Source: Phormidesmis sp.
GTDB taxonomy: Bacteria; Cyanobacteriota; Cyanobacteriia; Leptolyngbyales; Leptolyngbyaceae
Length of the DNA stretch: 64,000 nt
Reading direction: 5' to 3'
Assembly (NCBI GenBank): GCA_965248535.1
Contig: CBDFJR010000005.1
Coordinates: 512,001 to 576,000 of the forward strand
This document shows positions 1-10,165 of the stretch, one piece after another. The notes below the pieces were generated by a model. That model was not told the DNA's origin, ran no database searches, and was given only the letters and a program-made list of their open reading frames with translations. Position 1 is the stretch's first letter. Each line of letters begins with the position of its first letter. Made by a program: the position numbers and the translations under genes.

Positions 1-1366
1 CTGACGGTGAAATGCGGTTGAGATAACGGAAAATCCAGTATTTGAAAATCGTGTCTAAAATCACTGGGAACGTGGCAATAAACAAAAAGATAAAATCGTG
101 ACTGGCCGGAAGCCCAAAATGTTTGGCGATTCCTTCTAACAGCACTTCCCAACCGTGGGGAGAGTGAAATCCTACAAAAATATCTGTGAACAAAATAATG
201 ATGAAGGCTTTAGCACTGTCGCTCAACCCATAGACGACTTCATCCATAAAAGATTTGAGAACTACGACTTCTCGCTTGCCTCGAATGAGCACGATCGTAA
301 AGGCGATCGTCGCTAAAATATCGGCAATCCAGTTTTTAACCGCATCTCCACTTTGATAAGCAAATGTGGCTGCAATTTCTCCAGCTTTTTCCTTGATTTT
401 TGCTTCGATTTCTTCAGCGACGATCGGAGCACGACCCAGGGTTTCACTGACTAAGTTTTCAAATTTGAGCCTTTCTTCATAGTGGTGCAGTTCTCCAAGC
501 GCCTCTTCTGCCATCTCGGAGTTGATAAAGATGCTGCCTCGATTTTCGGCTTTAAACTGCTTAGAAATCGTCGCTCCAAAAGTGAAATTATTAGACAGTA
601 AAATATTCCTAGAAACTTGCTGCACCAGCAGTGGAACCAAGATCAAAATCAGAATAAATCTCAGCGCTAAAACCGTTTTGACTTTAGAACTCCGAAACGT
701 TTGAACAACTTCCTGTTCAGATTTTGGATCTAAATCTCGCTTAAGCCGATTCAAGGTTCCTAAGATTGAACGGGGTAATAAGCCCGTTTTATCAGAGACC
801 GTCTCAAAGTCGCCTGCACGATCGGGGCTAGGTGAATAGGAAGCAGCCTCGATTTGATCCGTGTTAACCCGCACTGCGCCATTGGCAGTGTCTTGAACGG
901 GCACCAAGGCAGTTGAAGAGATAGTCAACAGATTTTCTGTGGGATATCTGGCTAACACATCATCAATAAATCTGAGCTTCTCTATCATGATGGCGGGCTT
1001 ATCTCGCGCTGTAGACGCTAAACGAGAAGAGCCAAATTCTGGAGTTTCAATTGTTTTTAAGGGGCGATCGGACAGAGCAGGATTTGTGAGATTGAGCGTT
1101 GATCGGCTGAGTTTAAATTCTGCAAGTCCCATCCGCACGATCTTGAGATATTTATTCAAATCTGCTTCAAAAAAAGCGAATACATTCGGACTCAGCTTTG
1201 TCGATTCAGCGGCAATCTTTTTGCTGTTGAAGTGTTCGTCTTCGATCGCTTTAATTTTTAAAGCCGCGTCATAAGCGTGATCTAAAGCTCGATCGGGCGT
1301 TTCTAAATACCACCGTTCGGCACGGTTTAAATATCCCTTAAATCTGGCAAAAATCGATGTTTTCAT
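1..1366 (-). CDS. pxcA: Proton extrusion protein PxcA (CemA/CotA family); 3' end runs off the window
   Basis: Not in the ORF track; read by hand. ATG at 1366 gives MKTSIFARFKGYLNRAERWYLETPDRALDHAYDAALKIKAIEDEHF; the C-terminal part reads SPHGWEVLLEGIAKHFGLP...FLFIATFPVILDTIFKYWIFRYLNRISPS, the CemA signature. Confidence 0.93.
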   Translation of the reverse strand, partial: MKTSIFARFKGYLNRAERWYLETPDRALDHAYDAALKIKAIEDEHFNSKKIAAESTKLSPNVFAFFEADLNKYLKIVRMGLAEFKLSRSTLNLTNPALSDRPLKTIETPEFGSSRLASTARDKPAIMIEKLRFIDDVLARYPTENLLTISSTALVPVQDTANGAVRVNTDQIEAASYSPSPDRAGDFETVSDKTGLLPRSILGTLNRLKRDLDPKSEQEVVQTFRSSKVKTVLALRFILILILVPLLVQQVSRNILLSNNFTFGATISKQFKAENRGSIFINSEMAEEALGELHHYEERLKFENLVSETLGRAPIVAEEIEAKIKEKAGEIAATFAYQSGDAVKNWIADILATIAFTIVLIRGKREVVVLKSFMDEVVYGLSDSAKAFIIILFTDIFVGFHSPHGWEVLLEGIAKHFGLPASHDFIFLFIATFPVILDTIFKYWIFRYLNRISPS

Positions 1367-1686
1367 GGCGCAAACTTAAAATCGCTTTCCGTCGGCTGTA
1401 GTGATTTGACCACAATTTGCTGGTCAGAGACAAGTGCTGATTGGCTCAGTTTCGGCAGTGATTGAGTAACATTGAGCACGATACAACGAAAAAAATCGGG
1501 GAGTTAAGAGGGTGTAGAGAACCTAAACCGTTTTGAAATCGAACGATCGTGAACTCACGTCACTTTAAACCTGCCTTCGACACAGATCTAGGATAGAGAG
1601 AGTCTTAGCGTTTATCAACGTCAAGAGCGGTGAGTGCCAACCATTGGAATGCTAAGTATTTTAACAAATTCATCCGGGGCTAATTT

Positions 1687-3843
1687 GTGCTTTCACAATC
1701 TATTTGGGTTATCGGGGCAACACGGAGCGGTAAAACGACGCGGTTAGTGAGTCAGTTTTGCGATTGGGTTCGTCCGGTGATCGCACACTCCCCTCATCAG
1801 GCAGATCTGGGTGTGCTGGTGCTGTCAGCGATCGGAGACAACCGCCTCAATTTGTCTGAGCGTCTGACGGCCGCGACTCAAGGCAAGTGTCCGTTTAGGG
1901 CGACGACTCCTTTAGGATTTTTTGAAGATGAGGTGATGCTGTTTTGGTCGCTGCTGATTCAACATTTGGGGCTAGCGGCCCAGTTTCCGGTTAGACTTCG
2001 CCCCGAAAACGAACAAGAACTGGCGACTCGTCTCTGGAGAGTCGAATTGGATGACGCGATCGCCCGATCGAGCCTCTCCGAAGCCCGACTTGTGCGACGA
2101 ATTCTAGATTTGATGCAGTTAGCAGCCCTGAGCGGACTGACGATCGACCACATTCCAACACTTTTAGACCAGGGCTTACCCAGACAACCTGACGAACCGG
2201 GAAACGATCTGCCTTTGCCCCATGCAACGGTCTGTGAAATGCTCCAGGGCTGGCGTACCTGGTGTCTGCGACGAGGACTGTTGACCTACGGCGTGATTGC
2301 CGAGCTATATTGGCGCTATTTGCTGCCTGATCCTACCTATCAGCACCATCTGACTCAGCGCTATCAAGCTGTTTTAGCGGATGATGTCGATGAATATCCG
2401 GCGATCGTGCGCCATTTGTTTGAGTGTTTACTCGACTACAACGTTGCCGGAGCCTTTAGCTTTAACCCTGACGGAGCCGTGCGGCAAGGGCTAGGAGCCG
2501 ATCCCAGCTATTTAAACGGGTTAGCTCTGCGGTGTCAGCAGGAAGTTTTGAGCGATCGCGCCGTTACCTGTCTAGCCGATGATTTGGGGGAGTCGATCGT
2601 AGAATTAATCACCGACCCCATCTTTTTTGCCACCTTGCCGGAGTCTGTGCAAACGATTCAAACAACGACGCAAGCCCAGCTACTGCGGCAAACGGGTGAC
2701 GTGATCACCAAAGCCATCCAGTCAGGACAGGTTGAGCCGAGAGAGATTGCTCTGATTGGGCCGGGGATCGATCCCATCTCTCGCTATGCGCTGGCGGCGA
2801 TTCTCACCCGTCGCGGCATTCCGGTCGAAACGCTCAATGATCAGCGCCCTCTGTCGAGTAGTCCTATCATCCGATCGCTGTTGACGCTGCTAACGCTGGT
2901 TTACCCGGGTTTAGGGCGATTGGTCGATCGAGACACGATCGCCGAAATGCTCGTCGTCTTAAGCCAAAAATCCAGTTCTGCAATCCTCGCCTGAACCTCT
3001 AACGACGCTTCTACCCGTCAGTCCCCTTTTTTGATTGATCCCGTTCGCGCCGGGCTAATTGCCGATCATTGTTTTGAGCCTCACCCTGATCGTCCTAGTT
3101 TGCTTCCGGCCACCACCTTTCCGCGCTGGGATCGGTTGGGCTATCAGGCGACCAAAGCCTATGAAGAGATTGTGGTCTGGATTGAGGGGCAGCGATCGCA
3201 GTTGTCGCAGCGATTGATCGCCAGTCCGACGGTGTTGCTCGATCGTGCCATTCAACGTTTCTTTTTAGGCGGCAGTCACCTGCCCTTTGACCAACTCGCC
3301 GCCCTGAGAGAACTGATTGAAACCGCTCAACACTATTGGGAAGTAGACGCTCGACTAAGACAAATCGACAAAACCGACGCGCCTCCCTCTATGACAGTGA
3401 ACCGATTTGTGCAACTGCTTAGACAAGGGACGGTGACGGCCAATCCGTTTCCGGTGAGACCGATCGGGCCCTCCAGCAATGCTGTTACGTTGGCAACTGT
3501 GTTTCAATATCGATCGAGTCGGCGGTCTCACCGTTGGCAGTTTTGGCTAGATGCAGGGTCAACTCGCTGGCTGAGTGGCGTAGACTCGCTGTTTGCGGCT
3601 CCTTTATTTTTGCAAGACTGGTCGGGCAAACCCTGGACAGCCGACGACACCCAAACCTCTAACGAGCAGCGCTTGAGACGAATTTTGCTTGATCTCTTAG
3701 GTCGCGCCGAAGAGCGGGTGTTCCTTTGCTATGGCGATTTAGCCACCAATGGGCAAGAACAAACTGGAATTTTGACGACGCTGGTAAATGCCGCGATGCC
3801 GATCGGGCTGTTCTCTCTAGAAGACACCCTATCCGAACCCTAG
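1687..3843 (+). pseudogene. Conserved cyanobacterial P-loop/UvrD-like protein interrupted by an in-frame TGA at 2992-2994 (ORFs 1687-2994 and 3031-3843 share one frame)
   Basis: Walker A-like GATRSGKT and Walker B-like LADDVDEYP; (3031-1687) is divisible by 3 and the 36 nt between the ORFs is open; C-terminal LLDLLGRAEERVFL resembles helicase motif VI. Confidence 0.7.
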
Positions 3844-4032
3844 GATCGTGGATTAAATAACTCCGTCAATTGCCAGGTTGTCTCGCCCTCACCCCAGCCC
3901 TTTCCCAATCTGGGAGAGAGAGCAAGAGTCCGGTTCCCCTTCTCTCAAATTGGGAGAAGGGTTAGGGGAGGGCTTCGCCCCACTTCGTGAGGAGGGCGAA
4001 GATCTCGGCATTCATAAATCCACGTTCCCTAG
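3840..4032. mobile_element. MITE-like/REP-type element with imperfect terminal inverted repeats and an internal GC-rich palindromic cassette
   Basis: Ends CTAGGATCGTGGATT ... AATCCACGTTCCCTAG; internal CCCTCACCCCAGCCCTTTCCCAAT...TTGGGAGAAGGGTTAGGGGAGGG hairpin. Confidence 0.6.
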
Positions 4033-4039
4033 TTTGCAA

Positions 4040-4233
4040 CTAGTAGTCCGCCAAACTAAATCTGAAGAGTCATATCGAACGACCTAGCCAAGATCTCGTT
4101 TGCAGGGGGTTTGGGGGAGGCAACCGTCCCCCAATAGGGGTTTGGGGGCACGCCCCCAAGGGTCGGAAGCCCAAGACCATCGCCTCATCGCCAAAGATCA
4201 GTACTAGTCAACGTTGAATGGGTGAACGACTAG
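4040..4233. mobile_element. Second MITE-like element with degenerate TIRs and GGGGTTTGGGGG...CCCCCAA hairpins
   Basis: Ends CTAGTAGTCCGCCAA ... TGGGTGAACGACTAG (11/15 match to the reverse complement); two internal TTGGGGG-Nx-CCCCCAA stem-loops. Confidence 0.5.
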
Positions 4234-4258
4234 TCGGCATGAGTGAACTTAGAGGCTC

Positions 4259-5512
4259 TCAGGCGATCGCGGACAATAACTGAGATTCAATCTCTCGTGG
4301 ATACAAAAGCCAAACTTTTTGCACAGGCTGCGTCAGCGTTTTAACGAGCGGCGACAACTCACTGATTTCCTGCAAACCTGTTGATGTTTGCAGATTAATG
4401 CCTCGCTGATAGAGCGTGTAACCTCGGTTGATAAACGTTCTCAGCCCCGCGTAGTAGCTGGCGACAAATCCGGCTTCTGTCAATAGATAGTGAACTTTGT
4501 CGAGCAGCATTTGGCGATCGCTCTCTTCTAAATGGCTGACCTCTAGCGCTTTGAGCAAGTCTCGATCTAAAAAACGACGACACAAATCAGCTAAAACAGG
4601 ATCGGAACCCTGCTGCCAGCGCTGCAAATGGTAGATAAACACCCCATCGTCAGCCGACAAATAGCGATCGAGCGTTAGCTGATTGCAGTCACCACTTAAC
4701 CAGGCAGTGACAGTTTCATCGGCGGTCAACTCTCCGATCTGAAGCTGAGTGCGGGCCCGATCGAAGGCTTGATTTAACACCCAAGTCGCGGCAATATTTT
4801 TGGGATGGTTGTAAATCTGGGCATACATAAAATAGCGGACGATCAGATAATGCTCGATCGCCGCCATGCCCTTTTGCGCCACCACCAACTGCTGACTGAC
4901 GGGATCATATCGCAACGCCATGAGAATGCGATCGAGGTCAATCTTGCCGTAAGAGGCCCCCGTAAAGTAGCTGTCGCGCATCAAATAATCAAGGCGATCG
5001 CAGTCAAGCTGACTTGACACCAACTGCGACACCAGCGGCACCGGATATTTTTTTAAGTAAGTTTGCTCAATGTGATTCAACAAATCTGGGTGAAAGCGAT
5101 CGAGCAATTCACAAATCGGCCGATATTCTCGCAAGATCCGCCGAGTCCAGTGCTCGTGATCACAGCCAAAAACCTCTTCCGCCGTGTGGCTAAACGCGCC
5201 ATGTCCGATATCGTGCAACAAGGCTGCACACAAGACGACAGGGCGATGAACCTGTAGCTGCGGATAAGACTTAGCAAGGCGATCGAAGGCTCGACGAGCC
5301 ACAGCCATTACGCCCAGTGAATGAGTAAACCGAGAACCCTCTGCCCCATGAAAGGTCAAACTCGCTGGGCCTAACTGCCGAATGCGTCGCAATCGCTGAA
5401 ATGCAGGCGTATCGATCAATCGAATCAGCAGTGCCTCAGTCGGATCGCCACTGTTGAGCGTGATCGCACCGTGGAGAGGATCGTGATAAGTTCGCTCAGA
5501 GTTGGGCAGCAA
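4259..5512 (-). CDS. HD-domain phosphohydrolase (dNTP triphosphohydrolase/SAMHD1-like family)
   Basis: FQRLRRIRQLG, SRFTHSLG, LLHDIGHGAFSH, DCDRLDYLMRD motifs. Confidence 0.9.
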   Translation of the reverse strand: MLPNSERTYHDPLHGAITLNSGDPTEALLIRLIDTPAFQRLRRIRQLGPASLTFHGAEGSRFTHSLGVMAVARRAFDRLAKSYPQLQVHRPVVLCAALLHDIGHGAFSHTAEEVFGCDHEHWTRRILREYRPICELLDRFHPDLLNHIEQTYLKKYPVPLVSQLVSSQLDCDRLDYLMRDSYFTGASYGKIDLDRILMALRYDPVSQQLVVAQKGMAAIEHYLIVRYFMYAQIYNHPKNIAATWVLNQAFDRARTQLQIGELTADETVTAWLSGDCNQLTLDRYLSADDGVFIYHLQRWQQGSDPVLADLCRRFLDRDLLKALEVSHLEESDRQMLLDKVHYLLTEAGFVASYYAGLRTFINRGYTLYQRGINLQTSTGLQEISELSPLVKTLTQPVQKVWLLYPREIESQLLSAIA

Positions 5513-5550
5513 AAGAATGAACGGTAAAGGACAGTTCGAGAAGTTCCCGT

Positions 5551-6792
5551 CTAACTCGCGCCTGCGACCAGCGCAGTAGACGCGATCGCGTCCACTGCCG
5601 CTTGATATTGACGATCGCTCGGTGTTCCAATCTGGTCGAGCGTGATCGGGTCGAGGGGCACCACCTGATCCGGGATGATCCCTAATTTGTTGATGTCTGT
5701 GTGGCTCGGCGTTTCATACTTAGCGACTGTTACGGCGAGTCCGGCTCCATCTGACAAATCAAACAGAGATTGAATCAGCCCTTTGCCAAACGTCTTCTCA
5801 CCTAAAATAATTGCCCGCTTATTGTCTTTTAACGCCCCAGCTAAAATCTCGCTGGCGCTAGCAGTGCCCTGATTGACTAAAACCACCATTGGATCGCTCG
5901 TCAGAGCATTGCCCATCGCCTCAAAGCTGCCGATCGTGCCCTGCCGATTGACGGTGTAGACGATCGTGCCTTCATCAATCCACAGCCGCGCAATGTCAAT
6001 GCCCGCTTGCAGCAACCCACCGGGGTTATTTCGCAAATCTAAAACATAGCCATCGGCCCCCTGTTTTTCGAGCCGAGCGATCGCGTGACCTACTTCAGCC
6101 GTCGCATTAGCGTTAAACTGACTCAGCCGCAAATAGGCAATTTTTTTGCCATCGGGCTGAGGACGCAACTCAGCATAGACCGGGTTTAGCTCAATGCGAT
6201 CGCGCACTAAGTCAACGTCTAAGGCCGCTTCACCTTCTCGACTGATCGTGAGAGTGACGTGACTGCCAATTTGACCTCGCATCCGTTCAGCCGCATCGTC
6301 GAGCGACAGCCCTTGGGTCGAAACGCCATCAATCATCACAATGCTGTCTGCGGGTCGGATGCCCGACTTAGCCGCAGGTGAACCCTCAACCGGGGCAATC
6401 ACCCTCAGCCGCTTGGTTTCTGGGTCGAGAGAAATCTGTAACCCTACCCCCGTCAGTTCTCCAGAGGTGCTGGTTTGCAGACTGCGATATTGATCGGGCT
6501 TGAGCAACCGAGTAAATGGGTCATCTAACCCCGCAATCATCTGCTGAATCGCGGTATAGCTAGCTTCGCGATCGGGCAACGGTTGCTTCAAATACTTTTC
6601 TCGAATCGCCCACCAGTTTTGATGGTTAAAACTGGAATCGACATAAGAGCGATCGACAATGCGCCAAACTTCATTGACCAGCCGCTGCTCTTCACTGAGA
6701 GCGCTAGCAGAGGGCGCTAAGACACCCCAAATCAGCGCGATCGCCAACACGAATCCCGACAGTGAACGAACCCAAGAAAATCGTCTTCCCAT
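5551..6792 (-). CDS. ctpA: Carboxyl-terminal processing protease (S41), D1-processing type
   Basis: Signal peptide, PDZ GVGLQI, LDLRNNPGGLL, TASASEI, TFGKGLIQ; divergent from petB as is common in cyanobacteria. Confidence 0.88.
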   Translation of the reverse strand: MGRRFSWVRSLSGFVLAIALIWGVLAPSASALSEEQRLVNEVWRIVDRSYVDSSFNHQNWWAIREKYLKQPLPDREASYTAIQQMIAGLDDPFTRLLKPDQYRSLQTSTSGELTGVGLQISLDPETKRLRVIAPVEGSPAAKSGIRPADSIVMIDGVSTQGLSLDDAAERMRGQIGSHVTLTISREGEAALDVDLVRDRIELNPVYAELRPQPDGKKIAYLRLSQFNANATAEVGHAIARLEKQGADGYVLDLRNNPGGLLQAGIDIARLWIDEGTIVYTVNRQGTIGSFEAMGNALTSDPMVVLVNQGTASASEILAGALKDNKRAIILGEKTFGKGLIQSLFDLSDGAGLAVTVAKYETPSHTDINKLGIIPDQVVPLDPITLDQIGTPSDRQYQAAVDAIASTALVAGAS

Positions 6793-7035
6793 AGCGATCG
6801 ATCCTAACTGGAAATGTCCTTAAATTTCCACATTGCCCAAGAGATGTAAATTTTGCTAGCTAAACTTTGCAAAAACAAAACTTTTCTTCACAAATATTTA
6901 AACCCGATCCCTGACGATCAGTAACCGCTAAAAGCGGCCAAACTTTGCTGAATTGCCGCTTCCCAGACTGCTATCGACCATTGGGCTGTGTTACATTTTT
7001 TATGAACAGCAATCATTTTTAGGAACGCTTGCTTT

Positions 7036-7683
7036 ATGGCAAATGTGTACGACTGGTTTGAGGAGCGCCTTGAAATTCAGGCGCTAGCCGAGGACGTAAC
7101 CAGCAAGTACGTGCCGCCTCATGTCAATATCTTCTACTGCTTGGGTGGAATCACGTTAACTTGCTTCCTGATCCAGTTTGCGACTGGGTTTGCGATGACC
7201 TTTTATTACAAACCAACTGTTGCTGAGGCATTCTCCTCAGTGCAGTATTTGATGAACGACGTTAACTTCGGTTGGCTAATTCGTTCTGTCCATCGCTGGT
7301 CTGCCAGCATGATGGTGCTGATGATGATCTTGCACACCTTCCGCGTCTATCTGACGGGTGGCTTTAAAAAGCCCCGTGAGTTGACTTGGGTCACGGGTGT
7401 GATTTTGGCAGTGATTACCGTCTCCTTCGGGGTGACGGGCTATTCTCTGCCGTGGGATCAGGTTGGCTATTGGGCAGTCAAAATCGTGTCGGGCGTGCCC
7501 GAAGCGATCCCTGTCGTGGGCACCTTGATTGCTGATTTGCTGCGCGGTGGCGCGAGTGTGGGTCAATCGACGCTAACTCGTTATTACAGCGCTCACACGT
7601 TTGTGTTGCCTTGGCTGATCGCTGTGTTCATGCTGGCGCACTTCTTGATGATTCGCAAACAGGGCATCTCTGGCCCGTTGTAA
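7036..7683 (+). CDS. petB: Cytochrome b6
   Basis: [15 protein letters not shown]...[14 protein letters not shown]...RKQGISGPL, 215 aa. Confidence 0.99.
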   Translation: MANVYDWFEERLEIQALAEDVTSKYVPPHVNIFYCLGGITLTCFLIQFATGFAMTFYYKPTVAEAFSSVQYLMNDVNFGWLIRSVHRWSASMMVLMMILHTFRVYLTGGFKKPRELTWVTGVILAVITVSFGVTGYSLPWDQVGYWAVKIVSGVPEAIPVVGTLIADLLRGGASVGQSTLTRYYSAHTFVLPWLIAVFMLAHFLMIRKQGISGPL

Positions 7684-7793
7684 TCGATTTTAGGTTTCAG
7701 ATTTTGGGTGATGAATTCAAAACTGCGAGTCTGAAATTTGCTTGCTGTTTCCTTATCTGCTGATTTCCCTCTTAAGGAGAGCCTCTTTCAATC

Positions 7794-8276
7794 ATGGCAA
7801 CTGTTAAGAAGCCGGATCTAAGCGATCCTCAATTGCGTGCCAAGTTGGCAAAAGGTATGGGTCACAATTATTACGGTGAACCCGCCTGGCCCAACGATTT
7901 GCTTTATATTTTCCCTGTGGTAATTTTGGGCACGATCGCCCTTTGTGTTGGGCTGGCCGTGCTTGACCCTGCCTCGACGGGCGAACCTGCAAACCCCTTT
8001 GCAACGCCTCTAGAAATCTTGCCAGAGTGGTATCTCTATCCTGTGTTCAACATCTTGCGGGTTGCGCCTAACAAACTGCTGGGTGTGGTGCTAATGGGTT
8101 CTGTGCCTCTGGGTTTGCTGATTGTTCCGTTTATTGAAAATGTGAACAAGTTTCAAAACCCGTTCCGTCGTCCGGTCGCGACCGCAGTTTTTCTGTTTGG
8201 TACGGCTGTGACGCTGTGGTTGGGAATTGGTGCAGCCTTCCCGGTGAGCCAAGCGCTAACTCTGGGACTGTTTTAA
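7794..8276 (+). CDS. petD: Cytochrome b6f subunit IV
   Basis: KKPDLSDP...[20 protein letters not shown] motif, 160 aa. Confidence 0.99.
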   Translation: MATVKKPDLSDPQLRAKLAKGMGHNYYGEPAWPNDLLYIFPVVILGTIALCVGLAVLDPASTGEPANPFATPLEILPEWYLYPVFNILRVAPNKLLGVVLMGSVPLGLLIVPFIENVNKFQNPFRRPVATAVFLFGTAVTLWLGIGAAFPVSQALTLGLF

Positions 8277-8300
8277 GAGGTTTTTATAAATCTCGACCTT

Positions 8301-8353
8301 GGTGCCTACGATTCTCCTGATTTTGTCTGGAGTTTGGTGGGCACCACTTTTTT
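8301..8353 (+). terminator. Stem-loop with T-tract after petD
   Basis: GGTGCC...CTCC...GGAG...GGCACC followed by a T6 run. Confidence 0.55.
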
Positions 8354-8406
8354 GTGAGTTCGTTAAAATTGCAGCGTCAAAACAGAAATTCTGAAGGGTG
8401 ATTTTC

Positions 8407-9024
8407 ATGACTGCCCAAACGATTCCCACCCAAGAGCCTCTTCAAGAAAAGCGTCACTACACGCCAGAAGACTATTTAAGGCTGGAAGAAAAAGCAGATT
8501 ATAAAAGCGACTATGACGATGGGATTATCACCCCGATGACAGGTGGAACAACTGACCATAACCAAATTGCTGGCAATTGCTACATTGCGCTAAGTCTGGG
8601 TCTTAAGAGACAAAATTTTAGAGTTTTCTTTGGCGATGTGCGCTTGTGGATACCGAAAGTTCGCAGCTTCAAATATCCCGATGTGATGGTTGTGGCGGGA
8701 GAGCCGACCTATCATGACGACCGTAGAGATACCGTTATAAATCCTCAAGTCGTGATTGAGGTGCTGTCAGATTCGACTGAAGCCTATGACCGCAACGAAA
8801 AATTCAAGCTCTATCAAACGATTCCGGCCTTTCAGGAATATATCTTGATTAACCAAAGTAACGTTGAAATCGATCGGTTCTTTAAAACGGGAAATAAACG
8901 GTGGTCGCTTTATGAATACGATCGTGAAGATGCCGAACTAATGCTGAATTCTTTTGAACTGTTGATTCCAATTTTAGATATTTACGACAACGTTAATTTT
9001 GATCAACTAGAAGCGAAGGGCTAA
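8407..9024 (+). CDS. Uma2 (DUF820) family PD-(D/E)XK endonuclease-like protein
   Basis: YTPEDYL, MTGGTTDHNQI, YPDVMVV, NPQVVIEVLSDST, EYILINQ; ATG 8407 preferred over GTG 8398. Confidence 0.9.
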   Translation: MTAQTIPTQEPLQEKRHYTPEDYLRLEEKADYKSDYDDGIITPMTGGTTDHNQIAGNCYIALSLGLKRQNFRVFFGDVRLWIPKVRSFKYPDVMVVAGEPTYHDDRRDTVINPQVVIEVLSDSTEAYDRNEKFKLYQTIPAFQEYILINQSNVEIDRFFKTGNKRWSLYEYDREDAELMLNSFELLIPILDIYDNVNFDQLEAKG

Positions 9025-9096
9025 GTTTCAACCGTGTTGAGCTATGAGCGATCGTTCCACACCCGCGAAACTTGATGAGCATAGAGCGATCGAGCG

Positions 9097-9372
9097 TTAA
9101 CGAGCGATAGCCGGAGCCAGCACTCTCAAAAGCACGTTCGCGGCAAAAGCAGCAGTCCAGACTATCATCACGGTTTTGATATTGTAGGTTTCGGCGTTTT
9201 GCCAGCCCCAAATAAAGGTGTAAATTCCGCAAAAGATTCCAAAGATACCCCAACCAACGCCCTTGTCTGGAAATAGTTTTGTCAGCACAATTACAAGGCA
9301 AACTAAGCTTGTGATGGCTGCGACGAGTGCAATGAGTCCAGCCACAGATGCTAGTCCTGATGAAGCAACCAT
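9097..9372 (-). CDS. Small hypothetical membrane protein (about 3 TM)
   Basis: 91 aa hydrophobic; GIFGIFCGIYTFIWGW; AAGGAGA RBS upstream. Confidence 0.75.
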   Translation of the reverse strand: MVASSGLASVAGLIALVAAITSLVCLVIVLTKLFPDKGVGWGIFGIFCGIYTFIWGWQNAETYNIKTVMIVWTAAFAANVLLRVLAPAIAR

Positions 9373-9416
9373 TGATAGTGTCTCCTTAAATGTTCTTCGA
9401 TAGACACTAAAGCACG

Positions 9417-9836
9417 TTACATTACCAAACGGTAGAAGTCTTTAGTGAAAAATAACAGTCTGATCAGCCAATAGATCACAGAGGCGCTGAGTAATAGGGT
9501 AGCGATTCTGCTTCGACGTTCTATTTTCTCCAAGCGATTTCTAAGCTGGATTCTAGCAGATTCTGGCAAAAATGCCGCCACCAGCAAGGCTACAAGGACG
9601 GTGACTGCGATCGGAGCAAATGCGTGGATGGTCATCGCTTTCTGCCAGTCTCCGTGCGCGATCGCGACCATGGCACGAGACAGCCCGCAGCCGGGGCAAG
9701 GAATGCCTAGACTGGCGCGAATCGGACATTGCCAACTTGGTAAATTGAACGTGACTAGGGCTAAGTGTAAGCCGACGGCACCAGAGATCGCTAAACAACT
9801 CCGGCGGTTTTTGACAAGCGATGATAAGAACAACAT
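9417..9836 (-). CDS. DUF2752 family membrane protein
   Basis: CPIRASLGIPCPGCGLSRA...HGDWQKAMTIHAF signature. Confidence 0.88.
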   Translation of the reverse strand: MLFLSSLVKNRRSCLAISGAVGLHLALVTFNLPSWQCPIRASLGIPCPGCGLSRAMVAIAHGDWQKAMTIHAFAPIAVTVLVALLVAAFLPESARIQLRNRLEKIERRSRIATLLLSASVIYWLIRLLFFTKDFYRLVM

Positions 9837-10165
9837 TTGAACTTAGGATTTAGTGATCGCAACTAGCCTGGAATTCCACTCATGATAGGCGTTTGCCCAA
9901 TCTCACGAAGCAATAAGAATCATTGCGATCGCGCCCATTCTACTCCTAGATCTCAGTCGCCACATCCTAGACTATGTAATGCTTTGGGCAATTTCTACTA
10001 GTCCAGATTGCAGACGTTGAGCCGATCCGCGATCGTCCATAGTTTCATTAACTCTGAGACAATCGGTAAGCGATCACACTTCACTTAGGGACAGGACGCT
10101 AGAGACGATCTCTACACCATACCCTCGACATCCTAAGAATTTAGATCAGACAAGGGAGACACCGT

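Noticed and set aside
522..1274. Plus-strand ORFs 522-704 and 939-1274
   Set aside because: Antisense shadows of pxcA; the same applies to most short ORFs overlapping identified genes
2992..3030. Selenocysteine recoding of the in-frame TGA
   Set aside because: No convincing SECIS-like hairpin (only a 4-bp GACG/CGTC stem), the site is a linker rather than a redox Cys position, and no sel genes are in view
3878..4087. 69-aa ORF
   Set aside because: It is a translation of the palindromic repeat element (PSPFP, GEGLGEG), with no sign of a real gene
3840..4233. CRISPR array
   Set aside because: No regularly spaced identical repeats with unique spacers, and no cas genes; none seen elsewhere in the window either
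1687..5512. Helicase-like gene plus HD dNTPase as an anti-phage system
   Set aside because: The genes are convergent, not operonic, and lie among core genes (pxcA, ctpA, petB); both look like widespread cyanobacterial genes
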